A stretch of 38,087 bases of DNA from Myxococcota bacterium. Lineage in GTDB: Bacteria > Myxococcota_A > UBA796 > GCA-2862545. Made by a program: the position numbers and the translations under genes. Shown here one piece after another: positions 1 to 8,735 of this stretch. Within the stretch, counting starts at the first letter, position 1. The number at the start of each line of letters is the position of its first letter. The notes below the pieces were generated by a model. The model was not told where the DNA came from. It worked only from the letters and a program-made list of their open reading frames with translations, and ran no database searches. The DNA lies in contig JBCCQY010000083.1 in assembly GCA_039208735.1 (NCBI GenBank), forward strand, positions 1 through 38,087, written 5' to 3'.

Positions 1-545
1 AAGCGTTCCTTCTTTTTCCCGATGCCAACCGCGATGTTCCGTTGGCGGCTCACATCGGCGTGGTGCGCCACGAGCTGTCGCACGGCTTCGTCGCGAACGC
101 CATTGACCTGTTCCGCTTCGAAAACCGCAATGTCGACATCATCTCGGCCTACGACCGCTCCGCGGTGAACGAAGGGTTCGCCGATCTGCTCCCTGTGCTC
201 ACGCTCGATGACCCCAAGGTGATTCCTTTGCCGGAGCGTGAGGTCGACGTCTTTCGGGACTTGAGTTTTGTCGATGACGAGGACTTCTACACGATGGGGA
301 CGGTCATCGCATCGTTCGTGTGGCGAATTCGGGAACGGGTTGGGGATGCCGATGAAACGCTCCTGCTCGCGGTTGACGCCCTAGAGCGCTGGGAAGACGA
401 GGCTTGGTTTGAAGGAGAGACGACGGCGGTGCGGTATGCGGATCTGTTTGCGACGGTGGTGATCAACGCGCATCCCGAGATTCGGAGCTTCGTGTGTCGC
501 CAGTTCCAGCAACGCTTCTTCGAACCGGCGACCTCGTGCTCTTGA
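1..545 (+). CDS. Zinc metallopeptidase (gluzincin, M4/M36-like), 5'-truncated by window edge
   Basis: Frame is open from position 3 to TGA at 543-545. Contains HExxH (VVRHELSH) and a downstream AVNEGFADL third-ligand motif typical of thermolysin/fungalysin-like peptidases. Confidence 0.7.
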   Translation, partial: AFLLFPDANRDVPLAAHIGVVRHELSHGFVANAIDLFRFENRNVDIISAYDRSAVNEGFADLLPVLTLDDPKVIPLPEREVDVFRDLSFVDDEDFYTMGTVIASFVWRIRERVGDADETLLLAVDALERWEDEAWFEGETTAVRYADLFATVVINAHPEIRSFVCRQFQQRFFEPATSCS

Positions 546-1024
546 TGGTGGTGGCGGCCCACGCGGCCGATGTCGTGGTGGGCGGCCAACTGGGCCTGAT
601 GGCCTGGCAACGGGCGGGAGATCACGCCGCGCTGATCGCGCCACAAGCGCTCGCCAGCGTACGAGCCGCGGGTCCCTTCGGGGCGACGGCGGAGATGGAT
701 GTGGCATTGGCCCTGGAGCGAAACCAGGATGTACGCCTTGTAACGTGGCCTCTACGACTCATGACGACCGTCGATGTCGTGGTGCGCCGGCGCCGGGCGG
801 CGTGGGTAACGGGGGTGGGCCCAGGCCTGTCATGGCAGATCAGTCGCCTTCAAGCAGGAGATGCGCGATACGCCGGAGTCACCATGAGCCCGGTCCTTCG
901 GGTCCGCACGAGCATTGAGGCGCCGTTGAGCGGCCAGGCGCATTGGCGGGTGGCCACAGGCTTAGGCGCCCGTCGCGGTGGCGTAGACTGGGACACCGGC
1001 GTCGGTGTCGTGGTGGCCTTGTGA
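536..1024 (+). CDS. Exported hypothetical protein, beta-strand rich (possible outer-membrane barrel)
   Basis: GTG 536 or ATG 545 overlaps the upstream stop (TGATG). Short signal peptide ending AHA. Alternating-hydrophobic strands, C-terminus WDTGVGVVVAL. Confidence 0.55.
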   Translation: MLLMVVAAHAADVVVGGQLGLMAWQRAGDHAALIAPQALASVRAAGPFGATAEMDVALALERNQDVRLVTWPLRLMTTVDVVVRRRRAAWVTGVGPGLSWQISRLQAGDARYAGVTMSPVLRVRTSIEAPLSGQAHWRVATGLGARRGGVDWDTGVGVVVAL

Positions 1025-1707
1025 TGTGGGGACTCCTCCTCATGTACGCGTGCGGATCGATCGTCACCCACGACACCGCGCGCATCACCACCCAGCATAC
1101 CTCCGACCTGCGGGTGGCCGTCGCCGTGACCCAAAACGCCAGTCCGGTGACGGGCATCTTGCGGGTTCCCTCGCTCGACCTCGTCTATCGACGCGCCCTG
1201 GGCCCTGACTCCGACATCGGCTTCAAGGTGCTCGGGGGCGCCCCGGGGATCGATGTTCGCCAACGCATCGTACGGAAGGCTGGCTTTGATCTGACGATTG
1301 GGCCGGCCGCGTCTGGAGTCTATACGCCGGTGGGCGTGGGCGGCGTCGTGGGCACGGGCTTTGTCAGCTTTACTTCGCCTGTTCTGGCCACGGTGGCGTT
1401 GTCTCGCGACCAGTCGCTGACGTTGAACGTTCGGCCGGGTCTACGCTGGCTCACCACCACCAGCTCGGGTTCGGGCTTCGTGTCGGAGGGCGTCAACAAC
1501 GTGCTACCGCTGTTTGGAGGGGGCATTCGTTGGGAAATCCGGGGTTCGCGAAGGGGATTTGCCATCGCCGGTGACATGCTGACCCGGCCCGGCCGAGGGG
1601 GGCCCGTCGGCTGGGCGGTTTCGCTTCAGAGCGTGGCGTCGGCCCATCGAGGCCCGGACCGGCTCAAACGCGCGATCAAGAAAAGCAGCAAGGAGGCGGC
1701 TCGATGA
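1024..1707 (+). CDS. Hypothetical lipoprotein, beta-strand rich
   Basis: ATG 1024 is coupled to the upstream stop (TGATG). N-terminus MWGLLLMYAC is lipobox-like. Gly-rich amphipathic strands (DSDIGFKV, LFGGGIRWEI). Confidence 0.6.
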   Translation: MWGLLLMYACGSIVTHDTARITTQHTSDLRVAVAVTQNASPVTGILRVPSLDLVYRRALGPDSDIGFKVLGGAPGIDVRQRIVRKAGFDLTIGPAASGVYTPVGVGGVVGTGFVSFTSPVLATVALSRDQSLTLNVRPGLRWLTTTSSGSGFVSEGVNNVLPLFGGGIRWEIRGSRRGFAIAGDMLTRPGRGGPVGWAVSLQSVASAHRGPDRLKRAIKKSSKEAAR

Positions 1708-2417
1708 ACGGTTGGTGGCTCCTTGCGAGTGCGGTGGCAGCCGCGCCACCGGGTTGGACACGCACCGGCAAGCCTCTCCGAGAACCGCGAGCCGCCTTGG
1801 TCTCGTTTCAGATCGACGCGTTTGCGGGAGGGTTGTTTCGTGAGCCGTTGGGCGAGCCCGTGTCCACCCCATCGTTTCCTTCGGACGTTGACCTCGAAGC
1901 GGTCCATGACCGGGCCCGCACCGCGTTGCGGAACGCCGCGCGGCAAGTGGGTCTGAAGGTAGAGGAGGCCACGCCATGGGGATCGATCGATTGGGACGAT
2001 CGCATTCCGGGAGGGAACCTCCAAGCCGCCATCGCCGTGGAGCGCGATGCGGCGGGCCTGATTTTCCTTCGGTTGTCGCTCGGCTGGTGTCCGGGGAGCG
2101 TCGCATCCGACGAGGCCATCACGGAAGCGAACGGGGTGCTCTGCGTGCGCTCCCACGAGACCGCCCTGGGCGGCGGCCCCCCGGCGGTCGAGGGCTATCT
2201 GGTGCAACGGCGCATCGACGCCCCCGGGCCCAGCGTCCGGGCTCGAAAGGTAAGCTTCGTCGGGCGTCAGTATCGCTATACGCGGCTCGCGGGTTCGATC
2301 TACGGTGATGCACCCATTGTCGGAGAGGGTCCCGACCACCAAAGCCAGGCCGAGAACGCTGTCACGCAGGCGGTCGTGGCGTTCGTACGCACCGCGAGCC
2401 GGGTGCGGCGTCCTTAG
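1704..2417 (+). CDS. Exported hypothetical protein
   Basis: AGGAGG at 1691-1696, ATGA overlap with the previous stop, signal-like MNGWWLLASAVAA. 237 aa. Confidence 0.6.
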   Translation: MNGWWLLASAVAAAPPGWTRTGKPLREPRAALVSFQIDAFAGGLFREPLGEPVSTPSFPSDVDLEAVHDRARTALRNAARQVGLKVEEATPWGSIDWDDRIPGGNLQAAIAVERDAAGLIFLRLSLGWCPGSVASDEAITEANGVLCVRSHETALGGGPPAVEGYLVQRRIDAPGPSVRARKVSFVGRQYRYTRLAGSIYGDAPIVGEGPDHQSQAENAVTQAVVAFVRTASRVRRP

Positions 2418-3034
2418 AACCGGCCTCGGCCCATGGCCTCTTCGACCGATGTGAATCCTTCGGGTCCCAGGATGGCCTCGACGCGTTCAACGGCGGTGGC
2501 GCGAGCCTGCCGCATCTCGTCTTGGAACGCGGCCGGATCGAAGTTGGGGTCGCGCATGCGCTGCCAACGGGAGCTGCGGGCGTCGAGGTAGTCGGTCACG
2601 ATGCCATGCAGATCGTCGGCTTGCCCTTCGTCGAGCCCATGCTCCTCGGTCAGGGTGGTGATGGCCTGATCGATGCGGTGTGCCTGCAGCTGCTGCCAGC
2701 GCTCGCGCATTTGGTCCCGCTCGCGCGTTTCCCTTTCCGCCACCACATCATCGATGGCCGCACGACCACTTTCGGACCACAGGTGGTCGTCGATGGTGGC
2801 GACGTTCGGGCCATCTCCGGCGGGGGTGGCGACCGCGGCGGTTTCTGGAGTGGCGGGAAGGGCGGCCATGGGGCGCAACCGGGCTTGAGGCCGGTCTGCA
2901 GGTGCGGTTCGAGGCATCTGAGCCACCTGATCCAGGCGTTGTTCCAGCCGATGGATGCGGGTGTTCTGGACGAAAAGACCGATGCCTGCCAGCACGAGCA
3001 AGACGGTGTTGATCCAGGCGAGCTTGGCGGTCAT
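2414..3034 (-). CDS. Membrane-anchored alpha-helical/coiled-coil hypothetical protein
   Basis: GGAG RBS, N-terminal hydrophobic helix, Pro/Ala linker, charged helical C-terminal domain (loosely Spy/CpxP-like). Starts 15 nt downstream of the kinase stop. Confidence 0.65.
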   Translation of the reverse strand: MTAKLAWINTVLLVLAGIGLFVQNTRIHRLEQRLDQVAQMPRTAPADRPQARLRPMAALPATPETAAVATPAGDGPNVATIDDHLWSESGRAAIDDVVAERETRERDQMRERWQQLQAHRIDQAITTLTEEHGLDEGQADDLHGIVTDYLDARSSRWQRMRDPNFDPAAFQDEMRQARATAVERVEAILGPEGFTSVEEAMGRGRF

Positions 3035-3049
3035 TCGCTCCTCCAGGCC

Positions 3050-5110
3050 TCAGCCGCCCGATGCCCAGAGTCGTTCGACGCTGGTGACCAGGTCGTCAGG
3101 CGGAAACGGTTTCATCAATAACGATCCGGTGACCAACTTCACCTCGTCGAGAATTTCGCCAGGGTACCCCGTGACATAGAGCACCGGGCCTTCGAATCCG
3201 CGCTCTCGGAGGCCCTCGACGAGTTCGGGGCCGGTGCCGTCAGCCAAGATCACATCGGTCACCAACAGGTCGAAGCTGCGATGACGCGACCAAGCGCCCA
3301 GTCCTTCGTCGACGCCCCGTGCGGTGCGGACTTGGTGTCCGGCTCGCTCGAGGCTCCGGCCGAGCAAGCGCCGGACGGGCTCCTCATCTTCGACGAGGAG
3401 AATCGAGAGCGGGCGATGGGTGATCGCAACGTTGTTGCGAGGGCTGGTGGTGGGGGTCGGCACCTCGGACGGCACCGCCGCAGGGAGCCGAAGTCGGAAA
3501 CAACTTCCCTCCCCCACTTCCGACGAAACCGTGATGTTGCCGCCGAGCTGGGTCACGATGCCGTGCACGGTCGCCAGCCCGAGGCCAGTGCCCCGTCCGG
3601 GCTCTTTGGTCGTGAAGAAGGGTTCGAAGATCTGCTCCCGTGTGGCCTCGTCCATCCCGTGCCCGGTGTCCGAAACCAGCAACTCAATGCGCGTGGGATC
3701 AGCGGGGTCGGGCCCGACCCCTAGGGTGATGCGGCCCGGTCCGTCGAGGGCATCGCGCGCGTTGGTGATCAGGTTGACGAGAACCCGTTCGAGTTGTTGA
3801 GGGTCGGCGATGAGTTCGCACGGTCCCCGGGCGGGTTGGACTTCGAGCGTGATGTGCTCACCCAAGGTTCGCCGCATCAAACGGGCGACCGATTCCAGCA
3901 CCTCATTGCCGTCGATGTGCCGCTTATCGAGCGGCTGACGTCGGCCAAAGGCCAGCAGTTGACCCGTCAGTTCGGCGGCTTGCCGAGCCGCTTGTCGAAT
4001 GGCGCCAAGGTCTTGCCGCGACAGCTCTGGCAGTTGGTCTGCTTCTTCCTCGACAAGGTCCACTCCCGAGGCGATCACCGTCAGCAGGTTGTTGAAGTCG
4101 TGGGCAATCCCGCCGGCCATTCGCCCCAAGGCCTCGAGCCGCATGGCATGGCCTTTTCGTTGTTCGAGTTCTTCGCGGATACGGCGCACCCGTTCTTGAT
4201 CGGTGACGTCCACCAACGTGGCCATCACGCCATCGTCGATGGGTCCGGCCGTGGCCTCGACCGTGCGCTCGCTGCGGTCAGACCGGCGTAGGGTGAAGCG
4301 CCAGCGCGCCAACATGTCATGGTCGCGGTCACGGGTCCGCGCATCACGCAGCAGATCGACGATTTTTCCGCTCAGCGACTCCAGGATGATGAATGGCTGG
4401 CCGACCAGGTCGTTGGCCTCGATTCCCAGAATCGCTGCTCCGGAGGGATTGACGAGTCGAATGACCCCAGCTTGGTCCAGCTGGATGATGCCCGAGGGGT
4501 TGTGTTGGATGAGTTCTGCATACTGGTGTCGACTCTTCTGCAGTTCGCCTTCACGAGATCGAAGTTCGCGAATCCATCGGCGCCACGCGGGAGTGGTGAG
4601 CCCCACCACGAACACCGTGATCACGAGCTGAATCATGTAGGTCTGCAGTTGTAAACCGTGGCCTGCAGGCAGCGGTTCGAAGTCCCCGGCGGCCTGGGAG
4701 GTGCCGATCATCAACAACGTGAGCCCCCCCACCAGGGCAAGACCCAGGGCGACCCGAAACGTCAGAGTGGCCCCGGCGATGACCAGCCCGAGCACGAAGG
4801 TGGCGAACGAAGCCGAGTACAGGCCGTGTTCGACCATGGGCATGAGCCCGTCCCACGTGAACACCACGACCATCCCCAACGCCGCGGCGGACACGTAGCC
4901 CCGACGCAGCGCGAAGAGGCTGATCGCGTAGGCCACCGTCATCGCCAACGCCGAAACCATGAAGTGCATCGCCACCGGCTGGGTCAATGCGCTGATGAGC
5001 GCAGTGAGCGGCGTAGTGAGGGTGAGCACGACAACGAGGGGGTAGACGATCGCGGCGCGTCGGTTCAGCTCTTCGTCAGAGAACACGGGTGGACGCCACC
5101 ATTCACGCAT
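3050..5110 (-). CDS. Membrane-bound PAS hybrid sensor histidine kinase (HisKA-HATPase-REC)
   Basis: About 6 N-terminal TM segments, PAS (IIQLDQAGVIRLVN), H-box AHDFNNLL, N-box NLITNARDA, G-boxes DTGHGM and FFTTKEPGRGTGLGL, receiver LLVEDE...LVTDV...MKPF. Start placed at ATG 5110 behind GAGGAG. Confidence 0.92.
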   Translation of the reverse strand: MREWWRPPVFSDEELNRRAAIVYPLVVVLTLTTPLTALISALTQPVAMHFMVSALAMTVAYAISLFALRRGYVSAAALGMVVVFTWDGLMPMVEHGLYSASFATFVLGLVIAGATLTFRVALGLALVGGLTLLMIGTSQAAGDFEPLPAGHGLQLQTYMIQLVITVFVVGLTTPAWRRWIRELRSREGELQKSRHQYAELIQHNPSGIIQLDQAGVIRLVNPSGAAILGIEANDLVGQPFIILESLSGKIVDLLRDARTRDRDHDMLARWRFTLRRSDRSERTVEATAGPIDDGVMATLVDVTDQERVRRIREELEQRKGHAMRLEALGRMAGGIAHDFNNLLTVIASGVDLVEEEADQLPELSRQDLGAIRQAARQAAELTGQLLAFGRRQPLDKRHIDGNEVLESVARLMRRTLGEHITLEVQPARGPCELIADPQQLERVLVNLITNARDALDGPGRITLGVGPDPADPTRIELLVSDTGHGMDEATREQIFEPFFTTKEPGRGTGLGLATVHGIVTQLGGNITVSSEVGEGSCFRLRLPAAVPSEVPTPTTSPRNNVAITHRPLSILLVEDEEPVRRLLGRSLERAGHQVRTARGVDEGLGAWSRHRSFDLLVTDVILADGTGPELVEGLRERGFEGPVLYVTGYPGEILDEVKLVTGSLLMKPFPPDDLVTSVERLWASGG

Positions 5111-5235
5111 GCTCGTCTCCTCGTCACGTCCTAAAGCGTGCCATTGGTTTACGCCCACGGGAATGGTCGAGAGTACGACGCCAGCGTCGCGATGTGGAGG
5201 TCGGAGGGCTGGTGGAAGGATCGGAGGGACCTTAC

Positions 5236-5898
5236 ATGCCGGCACAGGAGGCTCGGTTGGAGGGAATCACTACGTTTGAAGACCCCTTACGGTTCGCCGG
5301 AGTCGAGATAGGCACCCGCATGACGGTGTTTGAGGTCGATGGGGAATTGCTGCTTCACTCGCCGATCGATCTCGATCCGGAGGTCCTCGCACCGCTGGGT
5401 AAACCACGATGGGTGTTGGCTCCCAATCGACTCCACCACCTCTTCCTTGCGCCATGGCTCGACCGCGGTCTTGAAAGCTACGCGGCACCTGGTCTTCCTG
5501 AAAAGCGCCGCGATCTGCGCTTCGACCACATGGTGACGGAAACGTGTGAACCGTTTGGACCCGATCTGTTGCTGGTCCCGCTTCGGTGTTTTCCGTTTAC
5601 GAACGAGATCGTGGTCTACCACCGGCCGTCGCGGACGTTGGTGGTGACAGACCTCGTGTTCCACTTCACGCCTTCGGACCCTTGGGCCACGCGGGCCGCC
5701 ATGTGGATGACCGGGGCATACCCGGGATGTCGGGCGTCCATCCTGGAACGCGTAGGGATGAAGCGAGGGATCGCTCGGGAGGAGATCGGCGGGCTGCTCG
5801 CGTTGGACTTTGACCGCCTCATTCTCGCGCACGGCACCGTGATCGAGACGGGAGGCAAAGAGGCCTTACGCGGGGCGTATCGCTGGCTCGGGCTTTGA
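5236..5898 (+). CDS. DUF4336-like protein (metallo-beta-lactamase-like fold)
   Basis: Motifs TRMTV, LLHSPI, LAPNRLHHLFL, EIVVYHRPSRTLVVTDL, RLILAHG. GGAGGG RBS before ATG 5236. Confidence 0.8.
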   Translation: MPAQEARLEGITTFEDPLRFAGVEIGTRMTVFEVDGELLLHSPIDLDPEVLAPLGKPRWVLAPNRLHHLFLAPWLDRGLESYAAPGLPEKRRDLRFDHMVTETCEPFGPDLLLVPLRCFPFTNEIVVYHRPSRTLVVTDLVFHFTPSDPWATRAAMWMTGAYPGCRASILERVGMKRGIAREEIGGLLALDFDRLILAHGTVIETGGKEALRGAYRWLGL

Positions 5899-5901
5899 CG
5901 G

Positions 5902-8604
5902 TCAGGGGCGATAGCGGGCCAGGCGGAAGCCCACGACCCGTGTGCGTTCGCCAGGGTCGGCAGGTTTTCGGGAGGCCGAGCGCACATCGCGGGGGGCGTT
6001 GATCCAGGACCCACCACGAAGCACGCGGGGTGCTTCGCCATCGTCCAGATCCGACAGGTCGAGTGGCTCGGCGGGGTCGTGGGGGAACTGAGCGACCTCG
6101 GCTCGAGTGACGTACGCGTCGTCGTCCCAAAGGTCCGCGCACCACTCCCAGACGTTGCCTAGGGTGTCGTGCAGGCCATAGGGGTTGGCCCGCCTTTCGC
6201 CAACCACGTGGGTACGACCATCGCTATTGGGCGCGTGCCACGCCACCGGTTCAACGTCGTCCGCAGCGGGACCACTCCAGTAGCGCGTCGTCGTTCCCGC
6301 CCGACACGCCCACTCCCACTCGGCCTCAGTCGGGAGCCTCGCCCCGAGCCAATCGGCAAACGCCACCGCCTCGAACCAGCTCACCCGATAGGCAGGGTGG
6401 CGGTCCTGCACCGGCGGAGGAGCTGTCGTGTACGCATGACGAGCCTCGACGTGCTCGGGATCGAAGGCCTCGTACATCGCGTGGGTCACGGGCGTCGCGA
6501 GCATTTCGAAGCCTCGCAGGATGTGCACGTCATGCAGCAGCTCGTGCACCTGTCGGCCTCGCTCGTTGGGGGGGCTGCCCATTTTGAAGGTCCCCGGGGG
6601 AATCGGGCGCCAGAGGGCGTCGAGCTCCGCACGCAGGCGGTCCCGTTCGGCAGGCCGATGATCTAGGAGCATACGTTGAGCGAGGGCCCGAGCTTCCTCC
6701 TGAACTTCGGGTTCGGAGTTGGGACTTCCCGCTTCGCCTCGGCTCATGGCGAGCAAGAGGGCACGAATCCAGTAGCGATCTGCACCGTGGGTGGTGTGGC
6801 GGGAAAACTGCCACAACAGGCCAAGTTCCACCCGAGCATCACCCACGAGATCGGGCAAGTCGAGGAGCACATCGCGGCGTGCGGGCCAGGCTTCGGGACC
6901 CTCTTGCACGCCAAGTACGGTGAAGACGGTCTTGGCGGTCAAGCCTTCGGCCTCCGCGACGACTCGCTGTACCAAGGCTTGATCGCCGGTCTTTGCGATG
7001 CGCGCCACGAGGGCGTCCGCCCCCCCAGGACCTAGAATCCCACAGGTGAGGGCCAGCACCTCTGCCCATGCGGCCGTCTCGCCCACCATGGAAGCCAGCG
7101 CGTCGTCGTTTCCACTTCGGAGCTGACTCGCCAGGGCCTGGGCGGCGAGGTACTCCCGCAAACTCCGATGGGGGAAGGCATAGCGCTGGACGAGCCGATC
7201 CCGACCCACCGGTACCAGCAGACCCGTGACGTCCGCGATGTCACCGAAGAAGCGCTCGGCGGAGGTGCCGACGGTGGAGCGCCAGCGGTCGGCGGGCCAC
7301 ACGCGACAGAGGGCTTCGAGGGTCGTGGCGTCGTCTTCCCGGCCATGGGTGGCGAGTGCCACCTCGCCGAGGGCTTGCACGGCCGCCACGGGAGCTTCCA
7401 TGCCACGGCCCTCGGGACGGTGAGCGGCACGGAGCAGGCAATCGACGGCAAGCTGGAAGAGCTGCCAGCGGCGTTCGGGAACCGCGCCTCCCTCCTGCAT
7501 CACCAGCCCCACCAGGGTGAGGAGGAGTGGATTGTCGACGACGTGGCGCATGCGACGGTGCCGCCGCATCGCCTGCAAGGCAGACTCCACGCGGCCGGGT
7601 TCATCGACCCAACGCTGGAGCAGGGTGTGTTGGGCCGCTTCGTCTAACGGGCGCAGCTGGACCGTTGCCTCGAGGGCGGCGACAGGGGGGGTGAATCCGA
7701 CCGACCGGCTCGACAGGATCACCGGGCAACCCTTGGCGTCGGCAACCAACCTTGCCACCGCGCGTTGGGCGGTCATGGGCTCGGTGTGTTCGTCGTAGCC
7801 ATCGAGGAGCAGGACCCCGCGACCCTGCCGAAACGCCTCAAGGAGTCGTGGGGCATCGTCGGGAAACTGGGCGGTGAGTCGGCGTGACAGGCTCGTGCCC
7901 GGTTCGCACTCCGCCACGCGCAGGAACACGGGCACCCGTGTGGCGTCATCTAGCAGGTCTAATGCGAGCCTTCGTAGGGCAGTGCTCTTTCCCGAACCCG
8001 GGGGACCAAGCACCGACCATCGGTGCGGCTCGGTATCGATCAGCTCGCGAAGGGTGGGTCTAAGAGTGGGCTCCTCGGTGGGCGAACACTCGACCTCGAC
8101 CAGGGCGTCGATGAGAGCATCGCGGGTGCCGCGGCGAAACACCGGAGGGAGGCGGTCGAGTTCCGACCGTACCGCTTGGCGATAGGTTGCGAGCCCGTCG
8201 CGTCCGGGGGCCTCTTGGAGGCGAGCCACGAGGAGGTCGAGGTCCGCGTCGGTGCCGCCACTGGGCAGATCGAGGGCTTGCACGAGGTCATGGGGGAGGG
8301 GCAACGTGCAGGGTTCGATGCGCACTGGTACCAGCTTGCCGGCCGTGAGGGCGCGGTGCGCCTCGGCTTGGACCCAAGGGCTCACCACCGAGTGGGTTGA
8401 CCACAGGACCACCACGCGGCGGGCTTGTTCGATTTGGCGGGCAATCTCATCGGCGAAGAGTTGCCCGGCACTCGCATCGAGTCGGTTGTCACGCCATACG
8501 GTCAAGCCACGGGCCACGAGTGCCTGTTCAAGGCGCCGAGCCACGGTCACGTCAGCGTGGGCGTAGCTGATGAAAACATCGGTGGGGGCATGGGCCGTGG
8601 GCAC
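5902..8604 (-). CDS. TIR-NACHT-FGE(SUMF1-like) NLR-related protein
   Basis: TIR (DVFISYAHAD, VVVLWS, WVQAE). Walker A GPPGSGKST (7981-8007), Walker B LLLDGYDE, NPLLL, winged-helix FPHRSLREYLAA. C-terminal FGE fold (FKMGS, RLPTEAEWEWACR, NPYGLHDTLGNVWEWC, RGGSW, GFRLAR). Start uncertain; GTG 8604 chosen. Confidence 0.88.
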   Translation of the reverse strand: MPTAHAPTDVFISYAHADVTVARRLEQALVARGLTVWRDNRLDASAGQLFADEIARQIEQARRVVVLWSTHSVVSPWVQAEAHRALTAGKLVPVRIEPCTLPLPHDLVQALDLPSGGTDADLDLLVARLQEAPGRDGLATYRQAVRSELDRLPPVFRRGTRDALIDALVEVECSPTEEPTLRPTLRELIDTEPHRWSVLGPPGSGKSTALRRLALDLLDDATRVPVFLRVAECEPGTSLSRRLTAQFPDDAPRLLEAFRQGRGVLLLDGYDEHTEPMTAQRAVARLVADAKGCPVILSSRSVGFTPPVAALEATVQLRPLDEAAQHTLLQRWVDEPGRVESALQAMRRHRRMRHVVDNPLLLTLVGLVMQEGGAVPERRWQLFQLAVDCLLRAAHRPEGRGMEAPVAAVQALGEVALATHGREDDATTLEALCRVWPADRWRSTVGTSAERFFGDIADVTGLLVPVGRDRLVQRYAFPHRSLREYLAAQALASQLRSGNDDALASMVGETAAWAEVLALTCGILGPGGADALVARIAKTGDQALVQRVVAEAEGLTAKTVFTVLGVQEGPEAWPARRDVLLDLPDLVGDARVELGLLWQFSRHTTHGADRYWIRALLLAMSRGEAGSPNSEPEVQEEARALAQRMLLDHRPAERDRLRAELDALWRPIPPGTFKMGSPPNERGRQVHELLHDVHILRGFEMLATPVTHAMYEAFDPEHVEARHAYTTAPPPVQDRHPAYRVSWFEAVAFADWLGARLPTEAEWEWACRAGTTTRYWSGPAADDVEPVAWHAPNSDGRTHVVGERRANPYGLHDTLGNVWEWCADLWDDDAYVTRAEVAQFPHDPAEPLDLSDLDDGEAPRVLRGGSWINAPRDVRSASRKPADPGERTRVVGFRLARYRP

Positions 8605-8735
8605 TCCGCCCTTTACCCGCGTGATCGTTGCCCAGCATGGCTGCCCGAGGTTTGGCGCGCCTGTTTCAGCCGAAGTGATAAGCGTGGACGCTGCACGACC
8701 GCCTGTGATCATCGGGCTCGGCTTGGGAGGAGCGC

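Noticed and set aside
5111..5245. Longer N-termini given by the ORF track (starts at 5245, 8712, 18190, 16634, 31097, 943, 494, 36966)
   Set aside because: Downstream starts have better RBS, signal peptides or stop-codon coupling, and several extensions overlap neighbouring genes.
5902..6030. FGE C-terminus as the variable region of a diversity-generating retroelement
   Set aside because: No reverse transcriptase gene and no template-repeat copy seen in the window. A remote DGR cannot be excluded.
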